Part shown: piece by piece, positions 27,624-37,759 of the stretch | Layout: the number at the start of each line of letters is the position of its first letter | Numbering within the stretch: the stretch's first letter is position 1 | Assembly (NCBI GenBank): GCA_012840345.1 | Contig: DULO01000031.1 | Coordinates: 26,421-90,420 of the forward strand | Direction: 5' to 3' | From: Candidatus Fermentithermobacillaceae bacterium | Lineage (GTDB): Bacteria; Bacillota; Sulfobacillia; Fermentithermobacillales; Fermentithermobacillaceae | Length of the DNA stretch: 64,000 nt | Position numbers and translations under genes: made by a program | Notes under the pieces: model-generated | What the model was told of the DNA's origin: nothing | The model's input: only the letters and a program-made list of their open reading frames with translations | Databases searched by the model: none

Positions 27624-29303
27624 TTACTTTACATATTCGTCTATGACATCCCAAACGTCCAGGGTCTCGAAACCCCGTCTCCAAGCCGCCACGCCCGCCA
27701 GTCCGTACTTGTCAGCCAGTTCCAGCCTGGCCTTTATTGAATCCTTGTCCTCTATCCATACCTTGTAGTTGTCCTGGCCGATCTTCTTCTCGGCGTACCT
27801 CACGCCGGTTTCGGGGTCAAACACAGGGGTCACCCCGTTCCTGGACAACCAGTTGTTTAACCCGTTCATGCTGTAGGCCTCTTGAGAAACCTTTATCGCG
27901 CCGCCCGACTCCGTCTCCCGCCACAACCTGGTGTAGAACGGAATGCCCAAGACCAGCTTCTCGGCCGGAACTTCCTCCAGAGTCCTCTGGATGGTCCATT
28001 CCGCCCAGGGAATGGCCGACACCGGTCCCGCCACAGGTGAGCTGGCCCAATACTGGTCGTAAGCCATTAGCATCATGTAGTCGACCGATTCCGCCAAACG
28101 GTCCCGCTCGTAACACAAAGACCAGTTCTCGCTTTGGGAACGGACGGTCACGTCCATTGACACCGTAAGCCCCTGCTGGTGCAACAGCGGGGTGAGTTCC
28201 CGCACGAACTGGGTGAGATATGGGGCGTCGGCCATGTATACGTTCTCAAAGTCCAGGTTGATGCCGTCCAGAGAGTAGATCTCGGCCAAAATCAGTATTT
28301 GAGAGGCGACTTTGTCGCGAAGCGAAGAATTCCTAAGCACGGCGCGGGTCAAGTCCGGGTCGAAGGAGTTTGAGAACAAAGCCCACACCTGGTACCCGTT
28401 ATCGTGGGCCCAGTCAACGTAACGCATATCGGCGAGGTTGACGATTTCCCCCGGAGTCGGCCCCAGGTGGAACCAAGTCGGAGACACTACGTTTAGGCCT
28501 TTCATCTTGGGAAGGGTCGCGGGGTCCGGGTTCTTGTTTATCACATGTTCCCATACAAGGCTTACTTTACGGCCAGGGATCGGCTTAGGCGTGTAGGGCT
28601 TTCCTTCCGGCGCTCTAGGGGGCTTGGCCTCTATGCCGTAGACATCCCTCGCTCTAAGGTAGCCGAACAGCCCGTCCGAAGACTCGACCCTAAGCCAGTC
28701 GCCGTCGGTGTGAAACACTTCCACCTCGTCGCCAACGTCCAAATTACCGCGCCTCCTCGCGAGGGACGAGGGCTTTTCCCTCAAAATGGCCAATTGCTTG
28801 ACGGTGCCCCTCATCACCCAAGCGTCATTCCTCTTGAGCTGCACCGTCCCTGCTTCCGGGGAATGAAACAAGTTCAGTGAGTATACGGTTTCAAGGACGG
28901 CCGCGGGAATATACGGCTCGTTGCCCTCAAGTATTACAGGCAGTCTTAGTTCTACCGGGTTTTGATTGACGTAGGCGGTCAGAGAGTCGGTCTTAAGTTT
29001 CACGACTTTATCTTTTGTGGTGATGATCACTTCTCCTCCATCCCACACAGCATCCGGGTCCACGATCTCCTTAACGAAAGTGAAAGGGATGTAGGCCTCT
29101 TCGCTTTGCGCGACCACGGGAAAACCCTGGACTACCCCTTGGTACACCAGATAGGGGCGGGAATCGGGCGGCTTTGGGATATAAGTGAAGGAAGGAGCCA
29201 GCAAAGTCACGGCGCCGCCAAGGAGCAACAAGACGGGCAGCCACCACCACATCTGGGAAGGCGCCCGACGCCTCACAGCTCTCGGGGGAATAGACATAAT
29301 CAT
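27624..29303 (-). CDS. GH18-family glycosyl hydrolase with SH3-like domain (YaaH/SleL/YdhD-like spore peptidoglycan hydrolase-like)
   Basis: 559 aa with a signal-anchor, an SH3b-like segment (GDEVEVFHTDGDWLRVESSDGLFGYL) and GH18 catalytic motif DGINLDFE. Confidence 0.65.
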   Translation of the reverse strand: MIMSIPPRAVRRRAPSQMWWWLPVLLLLGGAVTLLAPSFTYIPKPPDSRPYLVYQGVVQGFPVVAQSEEAYIPFTFVKEIVDPDAVWDGGEVIITTKDKVVKLKTDSLTAYVNQNPVELRLPVILEGNEPYIPAAVLETVYSLNLFHSPEAGTVQLKRNDAWVMRGTVKQLAILREKPSSLARRRGNLDVGDEVEVFHTDGDWLRVESSDGLFGYLRARDVYGIEAKPPRAPEGKPYTPKPIPGRKVSLVWEHVINKNPDPATLPKMKGLNVVSPTWFHLGPTPGEIVNLADMRYVDWAHDNGYQVWALFSNSFDPDLTRAVLRNSSLRDKVASQILILAEIYSLDGINLDFENVYMADAPYLTQFVRELTPLLHQQGLTVSMDVTVRSQSENWSLCYERDRLAESVDYMMLMAYDQYWASSPVAGPVSAIPWAEWTIQRTLEEVPAEKLVLGIPFYTRLWRETESGGAIKVSQEAYSMNGLNNWLSRNGVTPVFDPETGVRYAEKKIGQDNYKVWIEDKDSIKARLELADKYGLAGVAAWRRGFETLDVWDVIDEYVK

Positions 29304-29441
29304 ACCTCCGGTCGTTATGGGCTACCTTAGATAATGACCTTCGTTGCTAATCCTGGCAAAGCCCTTTTTGTGGATCCCTGAAGGATTGGTCGCCCTGGTA
29401 AAGAAAGTATCTCTGTTGATTGTTAACTCACTGGAAGGGAC

Positions 29442-30284
29442 GTGTTTACCTTGCCAAACGACACTGCCCTAGACATCCTGTGGAACACCATGGAACAAGA
29501 CCTTAACCGGCGGTGCTCTTCGGTGGGCGCCGGAGTCATGGGCTACTCTTTGTGCGATTTGACGACAGGAAAAACGGCCAAGTTCCAAGAACAGGTAGTC
29601 TTTCCGACAGCAAGCACCATAAAGATAGCCATCCTGTTGGCGGTGGCCACCAAAGTCCACGCCGGCCAGCTGGACTGGCAGAGCCGCTACAACACGGCCG
29701 GACTCCCCAAGGTAGGCGGCAGCGGGATCTTGTCGCTCCTTCGAGATCCGGTTGAGTTGTCCCTCTGGGATCTATCATCGTTGATGATAGCCCTATCCGA
29801 TAACGATGCCACAAACGCGTGTATTGACCTGGCTGGAATGGATTACGTCAACTCCCTTCTGTCCTCCTTGGGCCTGAAAAAGACCCTTTTGCGCCGGAAG
29901 ATGATGGACGGGGAAGCCGTCTTGAGAGGGGACGAAAACGTCTCGACTCCTGAGGAACTCATGAAGCTGGTCTCGATGATAGAGAAACGAGACGGAATCC
30001 CGGACGCCGTCTGCAAAGATGTCCTGACCATCTTGAGCCTAGAAAAAGACGGGGCCTTCACCCAAGGGCTGCCTCCCCACGTCAAGAGGGCCAACAAACC
30101 GGGAGGGCTGGACCACGTGGCGGTGGACGCGGGCTTAATCTACCTTAGGGACCGGACCGTGGCGTTGGGGGTCATGGCCTGTTTCGTGGAAGAGAAGCCT
30201 ACCGAGACCGTCGCGGATCTGATCCGAACAGCGTACCGCTACCTAAACCTCATATCCGAGTGCACCGAGTACGGAAGGGCTTAG
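29442..30284 (+). CDS. Class A beta-lactamase-like serine hydrolase (no obvious signal peptide)
   Basis: 280 aa with STIK (SxxK) and SDND (SDN) motifs. Confidence 0.6.
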   Translation: MFTLPNDTALDILWNTMEQDLNRRCSSVGAGVMGYSLCDLTTGKTAKFQEQVVFPTASTIKIAILLAVATKVHAGQLDWQSRYNTAGLPKVGGSGILSLLRDPVELSLWDLSSLMIALSDNDATNACIDLAGMDYVNSLLSSLGLKKTLLRRKMMDGEAVLRGDENVSTPEELMKLVSMIEKRDGIPDAVCKDVLTILSLEKDGAFTQGLPPHVKRANKPGGLDHVAVDAGLIYLRDRTVALGVMACFVEEKPTETVADLIRTAYRYLNLISECTEYGRA

Positions 30285-30389
30285 GGCGCGCGTAGATCAC
30301 TTGTACAACAAGACCGGACATTTCTTCCGGCACGGAGAAGCGGGTGACGGGAGAAACGTCCGGTCGTTTTCTTGTCGCCGGGAACGCTC

Positions 30390-31391
30390 CTAGCCGATTA
30401 CCTCACGGTACACCCTAAGCCAGTTGCCTCCAAGAACCTTCTTGACCTCTTCCTCGGTGTATCCCCTGGACAGAAGCTCGGCCGTCAACGCGGGCAACTC
30501 GCTCACGTCCTTCATCACAACAGGTTTGCCGGGAACGGGGGTATATCCGTCAAAGTCAGAACCTAAAGCCACACAGTCGATGCCGCCGATGCTCTTGATG
30601 TGATCTATGTGATCGCAAAGCCTCGCGAGGGAGACGTTGTCCGGGTTATCGTCCACGAAACCGGGCGCGAAAACCACGCCGATAACTCCGCCTTTCTTGG
30701 CCAAGGCTTCTATTTGCTGATCGGTCAGGTTTCTCCGGTGAGAGGCAAGCGCCCTGGCGTTGGAGTGAGAAGCGATGTACGGCCTTTCCGCGACCTTGTC
30801 CAGAGACCAGAAGCTGGCGTCTGACAGGTGGGATACGTCCACCAACATGCCGAGGCGCTCCATCTCCTTGACCACTGACACTCCGAAGTCGGTCAAACCC
30901 GACCCGCCCGATCTCTCTCCTACACCGTCAGCTATGTCATTGCGCTGGTTCCAGGTGAGCCCCATGGCGCGGACGCCGAGCTTATAGAACCCGCGCAAGA
31001 GCGCGAGGCTCCCTTCCACCGCTTCCCCTCCTTCAATGCTCAGGAGAAAAGCTACCTTGTCCGCCGCCTTCGCCGCCTCGATGTCCGCCGCCCGGGTCGC
31101 GAGCATGAGTTCCTCTGAGCTTTCCACCAGAGCGTGGAGCGCGTCAAGCAACTCGAGAGCCCGCCTGGCGGAGCGAGCGGGTTTGTAGTGGTCCTCTATG
31201 TAAGCCGCCATTACCTGGCAGGTCACGCCGCCTTCCTTGAGTCTCGGGAGGTCGATCATGCCGGTGTCTCCGCGGGCGAAGAAATCCCTGGGCCTTTGCC
31301 CCATGAAGCCCCGGCCCGTGACCGTCAAAATGGTGTCGCAGTGGCCGTCGATGATAATCGCTTCTTTATGGAGTCTCTCGGCGTCTTCCAC
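30390..31391 (-). CDS. Membrane dipeptidase (peptidase M19)
   Basis: 333 aa with IIDGHCDT...HLSD..., the renal-dipeptidase family signature. Confidence 0.8.
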   Translation of the reverse strand: MEDAERLHKEAIIIDGHCDTILTVTGRGFMGQRPRDFFARGDTGMIDLPRLKEGGVTCQVMAAYIEDHYKPARSARRALELLDALHALVESSEELMLATRAADIEAAKAADKVAFLLSIEGGEAVEGSLALLRGFYKLGVRAMGLTWNQRNDIADGVGERSGGSGLTDFGVSVVKEMERLGMLVDVSHLSDASFWSLDKVAERPYIASHSNARALASHRRNLTDQQIEALAKKGGVIGVVFAPGFVDDNPDNVSLARLCDHIDHIKSIGGIDCVALGSDFDGYTPVPGKPVVMKDVSELPALTAELLSRGYTEEEVKKVLGGNWLRVYREVIG

Positions 31392-31498
31392 TTGGAACCC
31401 CTCCTGTACTTGAATGCCAGGTCCGGGTATTCCGGCCTGGCATTCATTTAGACTGCTTTTAGACTGCTGTGACTTCTGGCACCGTACCGCAGAATGCC

Positions 31499-31717
<219 letters not shown>

Positions 31718-31750
31718 TTACTTCATGTCTGGATTATAACACAGGCAAGG

Positions 31751-33193
31751 CTAGAGGGACGTGCTAGTTGGGGAACTTACTGGAAGGGTAAAGAAAAAAC
31801 TGGAGCCTTGTCCCAGAACGCTTTCGGCCCAGATCCTTCCGCCGTGCCGCTCCACAACCTTCTTGGCTATCGCCAAGCCCAATCCCGAGCCGCCCGTGGC
31901 CCGCGCCCTTGATTTATCGCCCCTGAAAAACCGCTCAAACACCCTGGGCAAGTCTTCGGGAGCTATTCCTTCCCCGGTGTCGGTCACCTCGAAGGTCACA
32001 AAGGGTTCCGTTTCTTTATCATGATCGCTCCCGTACCCTTTATAAGCGCGAATGGTGATGGTCCCGCCTGAAGGCGTATACCTGAAGGCATTGGACAAGA
32101 GGTTTGAGAACACCTGGCTCACCGCGTCCAAGTCCGCTTGAACCGGCGGAAGGCCTTCTTCCACCCGCTGCTCTACGGCGATGCCCTTACCGGATGAAAG
32201 GCCTTGTACAGACGCCGCGGCCCTTGAGACTAGCTCGGAAGGAAGAACGGGCACTGTTTTGAGGGCAGGCGATGCCTGAACCATATCCAACTGGTCCAGG
32301 TTGGCCAAGAGTCCCTCCAGACGGGTCACCTCGTTGGACATAGCGTTGATGGTATCTTCGTCGGGCTCTGAGATGCCCAGGGAAATGGCCTCCAGGTTCC
32401 CTTTGATTATGGTGAGAGGCGTCCGGACTTCATGGGCCACGTCCGATAGAAACTCCCTCTTGTTTTGCTCTTGGGCTTTGAGCTCCCTCGACATGTAGTT
32501 AAAAGACCTTACGAGCTCTCGCATATCCATTGGCGCCCCGGGCACGTCGGCTACCTGGTGGCCGAAATCGCCTTGAGCCACTTTTGAAGAAGCGTCGCGA
32601 AGGGCCTCGAGGGGGCTGGAAATACCTTTCGACAGCCTGACGGCCAAGAACAAAGCCACCGCCATGGACACCGCGCCCGTGGCCAAGGACGCGCGCCTGA
32701 CGCGCGACAGGAAGGCCTGCTCCAAGAACCCCAGGTCCCCGGACGCCGATAGCGCCGTGACCAGGACGTATCCAACCCTGTTTCCTCTCACGGTGATGGC
32801 CGCCGCGTGTTGCAAAGCCTCCGCGTTTAGCGGCAATATGCCGGCGGCCGAGTCGTAGACCAAATAACCGCGGGCATCAAGGAGAATGATCCTCTCGTAA
32901 TCCTGGCATTCGCTCTGAACGCCCCAGCGGTCCGCCCAACCCGGGTTGAAAGTAATGGAAGGCATCCGCAGGATGAGGCCGACGCCTTCCCACCCTCCCG
33001 TCAACTCATAAAACTGGGACAAGACCGGCACAAGAGATGCCGTGCGAAGGGCGTATTGGTCCTGCACATATCCGTGAAAGGTATCTCCGGTGGCCCACAT
33101 GGCGCCAAGCCAGACCAGCGCCACCCCGATGGCTGATACTAAGAGGAACTGGATGATGAGACGGCCCCTGACGTTGGACATGTCACTTACCAC
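31751..33193 (-). CDS. Sensor histidine kinase (periplasmic sensor-HAMP-HisKA-HATPase)
   Basis: 480 aa with two TMs, H-box LSDVAHEVRTPL and G-boxes. It overlaps the response-regulator stop. Confidence 0.85.
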   Translation of the reverse strand: MVSDMSNVRGRLIIQFLLVSAIGVALVWLGAMWATGDTFHGYVQDQYALRTASLVPVLSQFYELTGGWEGVGLILRMPSITFNPGWADRWGVQSECQDYERIILLDARGYLVYDSAAGILPLNAEALQHAAAITVRGNRVGYVLVTALSASGDLGFLEQAFLSRVRRASLATGAVSMAVALFLAVRLSKGISSPLEALRDASSKVAQGDFGHQVADVPGAPMDMRELVRSFNYMSRELKAQEQNKREFLSDVAHEVRTPLTIIKGNLEAISLGISEPDEDTINAMSNEVTRLEGLLANLDQLDMVQASPALKTVPVLPSELVSRAAASVQGLSSGKGIAVEQRVEEGLPPVQADLDAVSQVFSNLLSNAFRYTPSGGTITIRAYKGYGSDHDKETEPFVTFEVTDTGEGIAPEDLPRVFERFFRGDKSRARATGGSGLGLAIAKKVVERHGGRIWAESVLGQGSSFFFTLPVSSPTSTSL

Positions 33194-33860
33194 TCTTGTA
33201 GCCGACGCCGAACACCGTCAGCACGTATTGAGGTTTTGACGGGTCGGGCTCGATTTTCTTTCTGAGGCTCCAGATATGGGTGTCAATGGTCCTTTCGTAG
33301 CTCTCGTAGATGTCCCCCGCTACGGCGTTCAACAGTTCTTCCCTGGTGAACACCTTTCCGGGCCTGGAGTAAAGGGTCTTAAGAAGCTGAAACTCAGTCC
33401 TGGTTAAGTCTACCTTCTTGCCCGCTATGCTGACTTCCATCTTTTCAGGGTCCAATACCAGGTCCCCAAAGACCATGGGCTTTTGATAAACTTGCCCTGC
33501 CGTCCGCCTCATAATGGCGCGTATCCTAAGGCTAAGCTCCCTGAGGCTGAAAGGCTTGGTCACGTAGTCGTCTGCGCCTAAGCCCAAACCGGCGATCTTG
33601 TCTTCTTCCAGAGACCTCGCCGTAAGAAGCAATACGGGTACCTGGCTGTCTTCGCGAAGGCGCTTAAGGACCTCCCACCCGTTTAGCCTCGGGAGCATGA
33701 TATCCAGCACCACGATATCGGGCTGCTCCTTTTTGAAGACTTCCAGGGCGGAAACCCCGTCGTACGCCAAAGCGACGGAAAAGCCGTCCTTCTCGAGGAA
33801 CTTCCGTATCATCTGGACGATTCCCGGCTCGTCGTCAACGACCAAGACCTTTGGGCTCAA
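33183..33860 (-). CDS. OmpR-family response regulator
   Basis: 225 aa with REC (VLVVDDEP...VVLDIMLP) and a winged-helix trans_reg_C domain. Confidence 0.9.
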   Translation of the reverse strand: MSPKVLVVDDEPGIVQMIRKFLEKDGFSVALAYDGVSALEVFKKEQPDIVVLDIMLPRLNGWEVLKRLREDSQVPVLLLTARSLEEDKIAGLGLGADDYVTKPFSLRELSLRIRAIMRRTAGQVYQKPMVFGDLVLDPEKMEVSIAGKKVDLTRTEFQLLKTLYSRPGKVFTREELLNAVAGDIYESYERTIDTHIWSLRKKIEPDPSKPQYVLTVFGVGYKSGK

Positions 33861-33916
33861 GGCTATCCCCTCCCCAAAGTATTACCTACCGGATGTCAAG
33901 ATGGCGTCAAGGAGCG

Positions 33917-34630
33917 TTACCTTACCCTCGCTTTGGCCAGCGCGTCGCTGACCGCCTCGATCCATCCGGTAGAGCTCCTGGTCGCTCCGGCAAAGGCATC
34001 CACACCGGCCTCTCCTTTGGCCACAAAAGCCTTCTCCATGGCGTCCTTGGCTTCCAGCGCCTTTGTGTAGGTGTAGGTGATCCAGTCTCTGAACTGGCCG
34101 TCTTTGGAAACTTCGTTAAGTATTACCTCGGTTATTCTGTCTTCCTTAATCGTCACCCACGCCACCTGATAACCCTCTTCCGTGCCACGGGAGATACCGT
34201 AAAACACCCCGTCGAAGTATGTCGAGGTGACTGTGGGGGTCATTCTCGCTTTCTCAAGGGCCCATCCCACGGCCTCTTTGTACTTTCGAGAGGACTTAGT
34301 GGCGCCCGCGTAGGCGTCAACGGCGGCGTCCTGCCTGCCCAAAAACCGCTTAGCCATTTCAGCGTTGGCTTCTTTCGCTGGCTCGTACTCGTACGTGTCC
34401 AGGTCCTTCTCCCGTCCGTACCGGTCAAACTCGGTTAGTTCCACAGAAACGATCTTGTCTTTCTCGACCGACACCTCCGCCAAGACGTACCCGGTATCGT
34501 CAGCGGAAGAATAAGCCCTGTAAGTGCCGTCGTTGTACACTTTGGGCCCACAAGCGGCAAGAACTACCGAAACCGCCAACGCCAAAAAGCAAAGCACCGC
34601 CGCCTTGGAACAATAACGCGCCCTGTTCAT
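33917..34630 (-). CDS. Lipoprotein with two FMN-binding-like domains
   Basis: 237 aa with a lipobox LAACG and two repeats ending AYAGATKSS / AFAGATRSS (FMN_bind-type). Confidence 0.6.
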   Translation of the reverse strand: MNRARYCSKAAVLCFLALAVSVVLAACGPKVYNDGTYRAYSSADDTGYVLAEVSVEKDKIVSVELTEFDRYGREKDLDTYEYEPAKEANAEMAKRFLGRQDAAVDAYAGATKSSRKYKEAVGWALEKARMTPTVTSTYFDGVFYGISRGTEEGYQVAWVTIKEDRITEVILNEVSKDGQFRDWITYTYTKALEAKDAMEKAFVAKGEAGVDAFAGATRSSTGWIEAVSDALAKARVR

Positions 34631-35227
34631 CCAGAAGACCTCCCGCCCCGCAGGACTTTCTAAGTGTTTGTGTAGAAGGATGGCTTATTCGGAGACTGTT
34701 GACGATTCTTGTCCAACGCACGAAAGCCAGCCAGTCTCAGTGTCGCTCCCCGAAACCCCGGCTGTCAAGGACAAGAAAGTACGCGCACGCTGTCGGTAAG
34801 CGTCGAACGATTCTTTCTTGTCCACAAGGGTATCCACAAAGATGCCTTCGAACTCTATGCATCCCAAAGACCGTGACGCGGTGAATCTACGGGAGGCGGT
34901 AATAGTCAATGAGCAACACGGTAAAGGAAACGTCCAGGTCCTTCGTGGATGGGGAACGAGAGTTCTTTTTGACTTACAGGCTCTCTGCCCAGACAACCGG
35001 TGACGGCCGGGACCAAAGGCACTCCATAACAGCTTTTTCGGTGGAAAAAAGCAAAGCGAGCACACAAAAAGAGTCAACGTGCTCGGTTCACATAATGAAC
35101 CTGTCCGCGGAAACCAGCCTCAGGCTATTTGAGCTCATAGCCCAAGCGGAGAGCCCTGTCTTCCCATGTCACCTGGCCGACATCGTACGGGACCAGATCC
35201 ACGGTATGAGCTTTTGCGAAGTCACCC

Positions 35228-35851
35228 CTAGCGCTGCGAAGGTATGACCCTCGATATCTGAGGCAAAAGGTCGTAGAGCTCGATGAACTCGTCGGCGGCG
35301 TCGACAAGTTCGTCGGCAGCCTTGAAGTTGCACCGGGCGTAGGCGTCGGGATGCTGTGTGGATAACACCTGTATCCTGACGCCTCTCTGGGCGACGGCCT
35401 TTATGAGCGGGACAAAGTCCCCGTCCCCCGACACAAGCACGTACTTGTCGCACCGGTCGACCAGGGACAACATATCGATGGCAAGCTCGAGATCTAAGTC
35501 CGCCTTAATGGAACCTCCGGCGAACACCTTGAGGGGCTTTCTGACCACCATGTAACCGTTTCTGTTGAGGAACCGGTGGAACGACTGGGACCGTCTTCTC
35601 TGGGCGTCCAGCTCTTCTCTTACGGCCTGGGGATCAGGGGAATTTGTCAGCTTAACGTATTGCTCAATGCTGTCGGTAGTCCATTCGCCAGTGTAGTAGT
35701 AAGCTCTGATTAAAATGCTGTCTTTGCTAAGGATCTCAAGGAGTTTTACGAAGTCGACGTGGATTCCAAAGGAGTCATAGGTAGCGTACTTGAAGTTCCA
35801 ACCGTCGACAAAAAAAGCTAGGCGCGATGCGGGAGTAGTGACGTTTTTCAT
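35228..35851 (-). CDS. NYN-domain (LabA-like) protein
   Basis: The start at 35851 is preceded by a GGAGGA RBS. FFVDGWN...VLVSGDGDF are LabA/NYN motifs. A GAGCAC...GTGCTC hairpin plus T-tract ~130 nt downstream of the stop (35055..35090) is a plausible terminator. Confidence 0.75.
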   Translation of the reverse strand: MKNVTTPASRLAFFVDGWNFKYATYDSFGIHVDFVKLLEILSKDSILIRAYYYTGEWTTDSIEQYVKLTNSPDPQAVREELDAQRRRSQSFHRFLNRNGYMVVRKPLKVFAGGSIKADLDLELAIDMLSLVDRCDKYVLVSGDGDFVPLIKAVAQRGVRIQVLSTQHPDAYARCNFKAADELVDAADEFIELYDLLPQISRVIPSQR

Positions 35852-35908
35852 TTGAATCCTCCAGGATACGCACGCGGGGCCAAAGCTACCGTGCGTGGTG
35901 GCGGAAGT

Positions 35909-35985
35909 TGGTGCGCCCGGCGCGATTCGAACGCGCAACCTCTGGCTCCGGAGGCCAACACTCTATCCGATTGAGCTACGGGCGC
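35909..35985 (-). tRNA. tRNA-Arg (anticodon CCG)
   Basis: The reverse complement folds as a cloverleaf: acceptor GCGCCCG/CGGGCGC, D-arm, anticodon stem TTGGC/GCCAG with loop CTCCGGA (anticodon CCG), T-arm GCGCG-TTCGAAT-CGCGC, discriminator A and encoded CCA. Confidence 0.85.
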
Positions 35986-36010
35986 ACACCACATCACCCA
36001 TTATACAGTC

Positions 36011-36346
36011 CTAAATGCGACCTAACAATATCAGGGCGCCTATTACCAGGAACCCGCCTCCTGCGACCGTCTTGATGATACTCTGGGGAACGACCCTGTA
36101 AAGGGTGTCTCCTACCAGTACGCCGATTAGCGAAGACAGGACCAACGCGACCGCGGAACCCAGGAACACGCTCAGAGGAGCCTTCTTGGACGAAGCCAGC
36201 ATCATGGTGGACAACTGGGTCTTGTCTCCCAGTTCGGCGAAAAACACCGCTATGAACGTAGAAAACACTACTTGCCAGTTCAATATGTACGAGCCTCCGG
36301 CTCGTCCCTCCTCCCTGGTTGCCGTAGTTAGAGAGAACGCCGCCAA
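36011..36346 (-). CDS. UPF0016 / GDT1(TMEM165)-like small membrane protein
   Basis: 111 aa with the ELGDKTQL signature motif of UPF0016 cation-transporter halves. Confidence 0.6.
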   Translation of the reverse strand: MAAFSLTTATREEGRAGGSYILNWQVVFSTFIAVFFAELGDKTQLSTMMLASSKKAPLSVFLGSAVALVLSSLIGVLVGDTLYRVVPQSIIKTVAGGGFLVIGALILLGRI

Positions 36347-36399
36347 AATACTATATTAACCCGCAAGAACTGTCCAGAAACGGTTTGAGCGGGAAGGTC

Positions 36400-37734
36400 C
36401 TACGACAGCCCCAATGACTTCGCTTTCTCGTCAATAGCGTCTTGAAGCGTAGGCCGGCCGATCTCCTGAAGTTCGTAGCGGACCCTGGTCCAGGGTTTGT
36501 CTATTTTGGCTATCCTGCTCAAGTCTATGGGCGTGGCCACTACTACCCCATCGCAAGGCGTCTTCCGGATCGTCTCTTCCAGGTCCCTCACTTGCCCCTC
36601 TCCGTATCCCATAGCAGGCAGCAAAGTGCCGATCCTGGGATAAGTCCGGTATGTTTCCAAGATGCTCTTTACGGCGTACTCCCTGGGATCCACCAGTGAT
36701 TCCGCTCTGTAACGTTTGGCGGCGACCACACCCGCGCCAAAGGTCATCTCCCCGTGGGTAAGCGTTGGCCCGTCCTCAATGACCAGCACTTTCTTTCCTC
36801 TGATAACCTCGGGGTTATCCACGAAAATGGGCGAAGCGGCTTCTACCACGATGGCGTCGGGATTAAGGGAATCGATGCTTTCCCTGACTCTCTCCACCCC
36901 GTCGGGCGACGCGGTGTCGACCTTGTTTATTACGATGATGTCAGCCATGCGCAGGTTAGTCTCGCCCGGATGGTAACGCTCCTCGTGTCCCGGGCGGTGA
37001 GGATCGACCAGTACGATGTGAATGTCGGGACGGTAGAACGGTATGTCGTTGTTGCCGCCGTCCCACAAGATGATATCGGACTCAGCTTCCACTCCCCGGA
37101 GTATCCGCTCGTAGTCGACTCCCGCCCATACGACCAGCCCCCGGTCAACTATGGGTTCGTACTCCTCTCGTTCCTCGATGGTGCACTTGTGGATGTCCAT
37201 GTCTTCATAGGTGGCGAATCTCTCCGCGGCTTGAGCCAGAAGGTCCCCGTAAGGCATAGGATGGCGGACGACCCCCACCTTACGGTTCTTGGAGACCAGG
37301 ATATCGGCGACCCTCCGGGTGGTCTGGCTTTTGCCAACACCGGTTCTCACGGCGGTCACCGCGATGACCGGCTTAGTCGACTTCAGCATGGTAGTCTTCG
37401 GGCCCATGATGCGGAAGTCGGCGCCGGCTGCCGCGCACATTGAAGCCTTGTGCATCACGTACTCGTGGGGTACGTCGCTGTACGCGAAGACTACCTCGTC
37501 AACATCATGGGAAGCGATTAGCCGGGGGAGGTCCGCTTCCGGGTAAATGGGAATGCCGTCCTCGTAACCGGGACCCGCCAGTTCCGGAGGGTACCTGCGC
37601 CCCGCTATGTCCGGGATTTGGGCCGCCGTGAAAAACAACACCCTGTAGTCAGGGTTCCCGCGGAAATACACGTTGAAGTTGTGGAAGTCCCTGCCTGCCG
37701 CCCCCATGATCGCGACCTTTTTGGGGTTCCCCAC
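36400..37734 (-). CDS. Cyclic 2,3-diphosphoglycerate synthetase-like (BioD/CobQ-like deviant-Walker-A ATPase) protein, paralog 1
   Basis: 444 aa. GTG start 7 nt after GGAGGA. Deviant P-loop AVTAVRTGVGKSQTT and ILWDGGNND motifs. ~70% identical to the 39917..41239 product. Confidence 0.6.
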   Translation of the reverse strand: MGNPKKVAIMGAAGRDFHNFNVYFRGNPDYRVLFFTAAQIPDIAGRRYPPELAGPGYEDGIPIYPEADLPRLIASHDVDEVVFAYSDVPHEYVMHKASMCAAAGADFRIMGPKTTMLKSTKPVIAVTAVRTGVGKSQTTRRVADILVSKNRKVGVVRHPMPYGDLLAQAAERFATYEDMDIHKCTIEEREEYEPIVDRGLVVWAGVDYERILRGVEAESDIILWDGGNNDIPFYRPDIHIVLVDPHRPGHEERYHPGETNLRMADIIVINKVDTASPDGVERVRESIDSLNPDAIVVEAASPIFVDNPEVIRGKKVLVIEDGPTLTHGEMTFGAGVVAAKRYRAESLVDPREYAVKSILETYRTYPRIGTLLPAMGYGEGQVRDLEETIRKTPCDGVVVATPIDLSRIAKIDKPWTRVRYELQEIGRPTLQDAIDEKAKSLGLS

Positions 37735-37759
37735 TTTTCATTCCTCCTTGAAATCGGCT

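Noticed and set aside
34685-35077. 130-aa minus-strand ORF in the 600-bp spacer
   Set aside because: Cys/Arg-rich, with no domain resemblance. It overlaps the putative terminator of the NYN gene.
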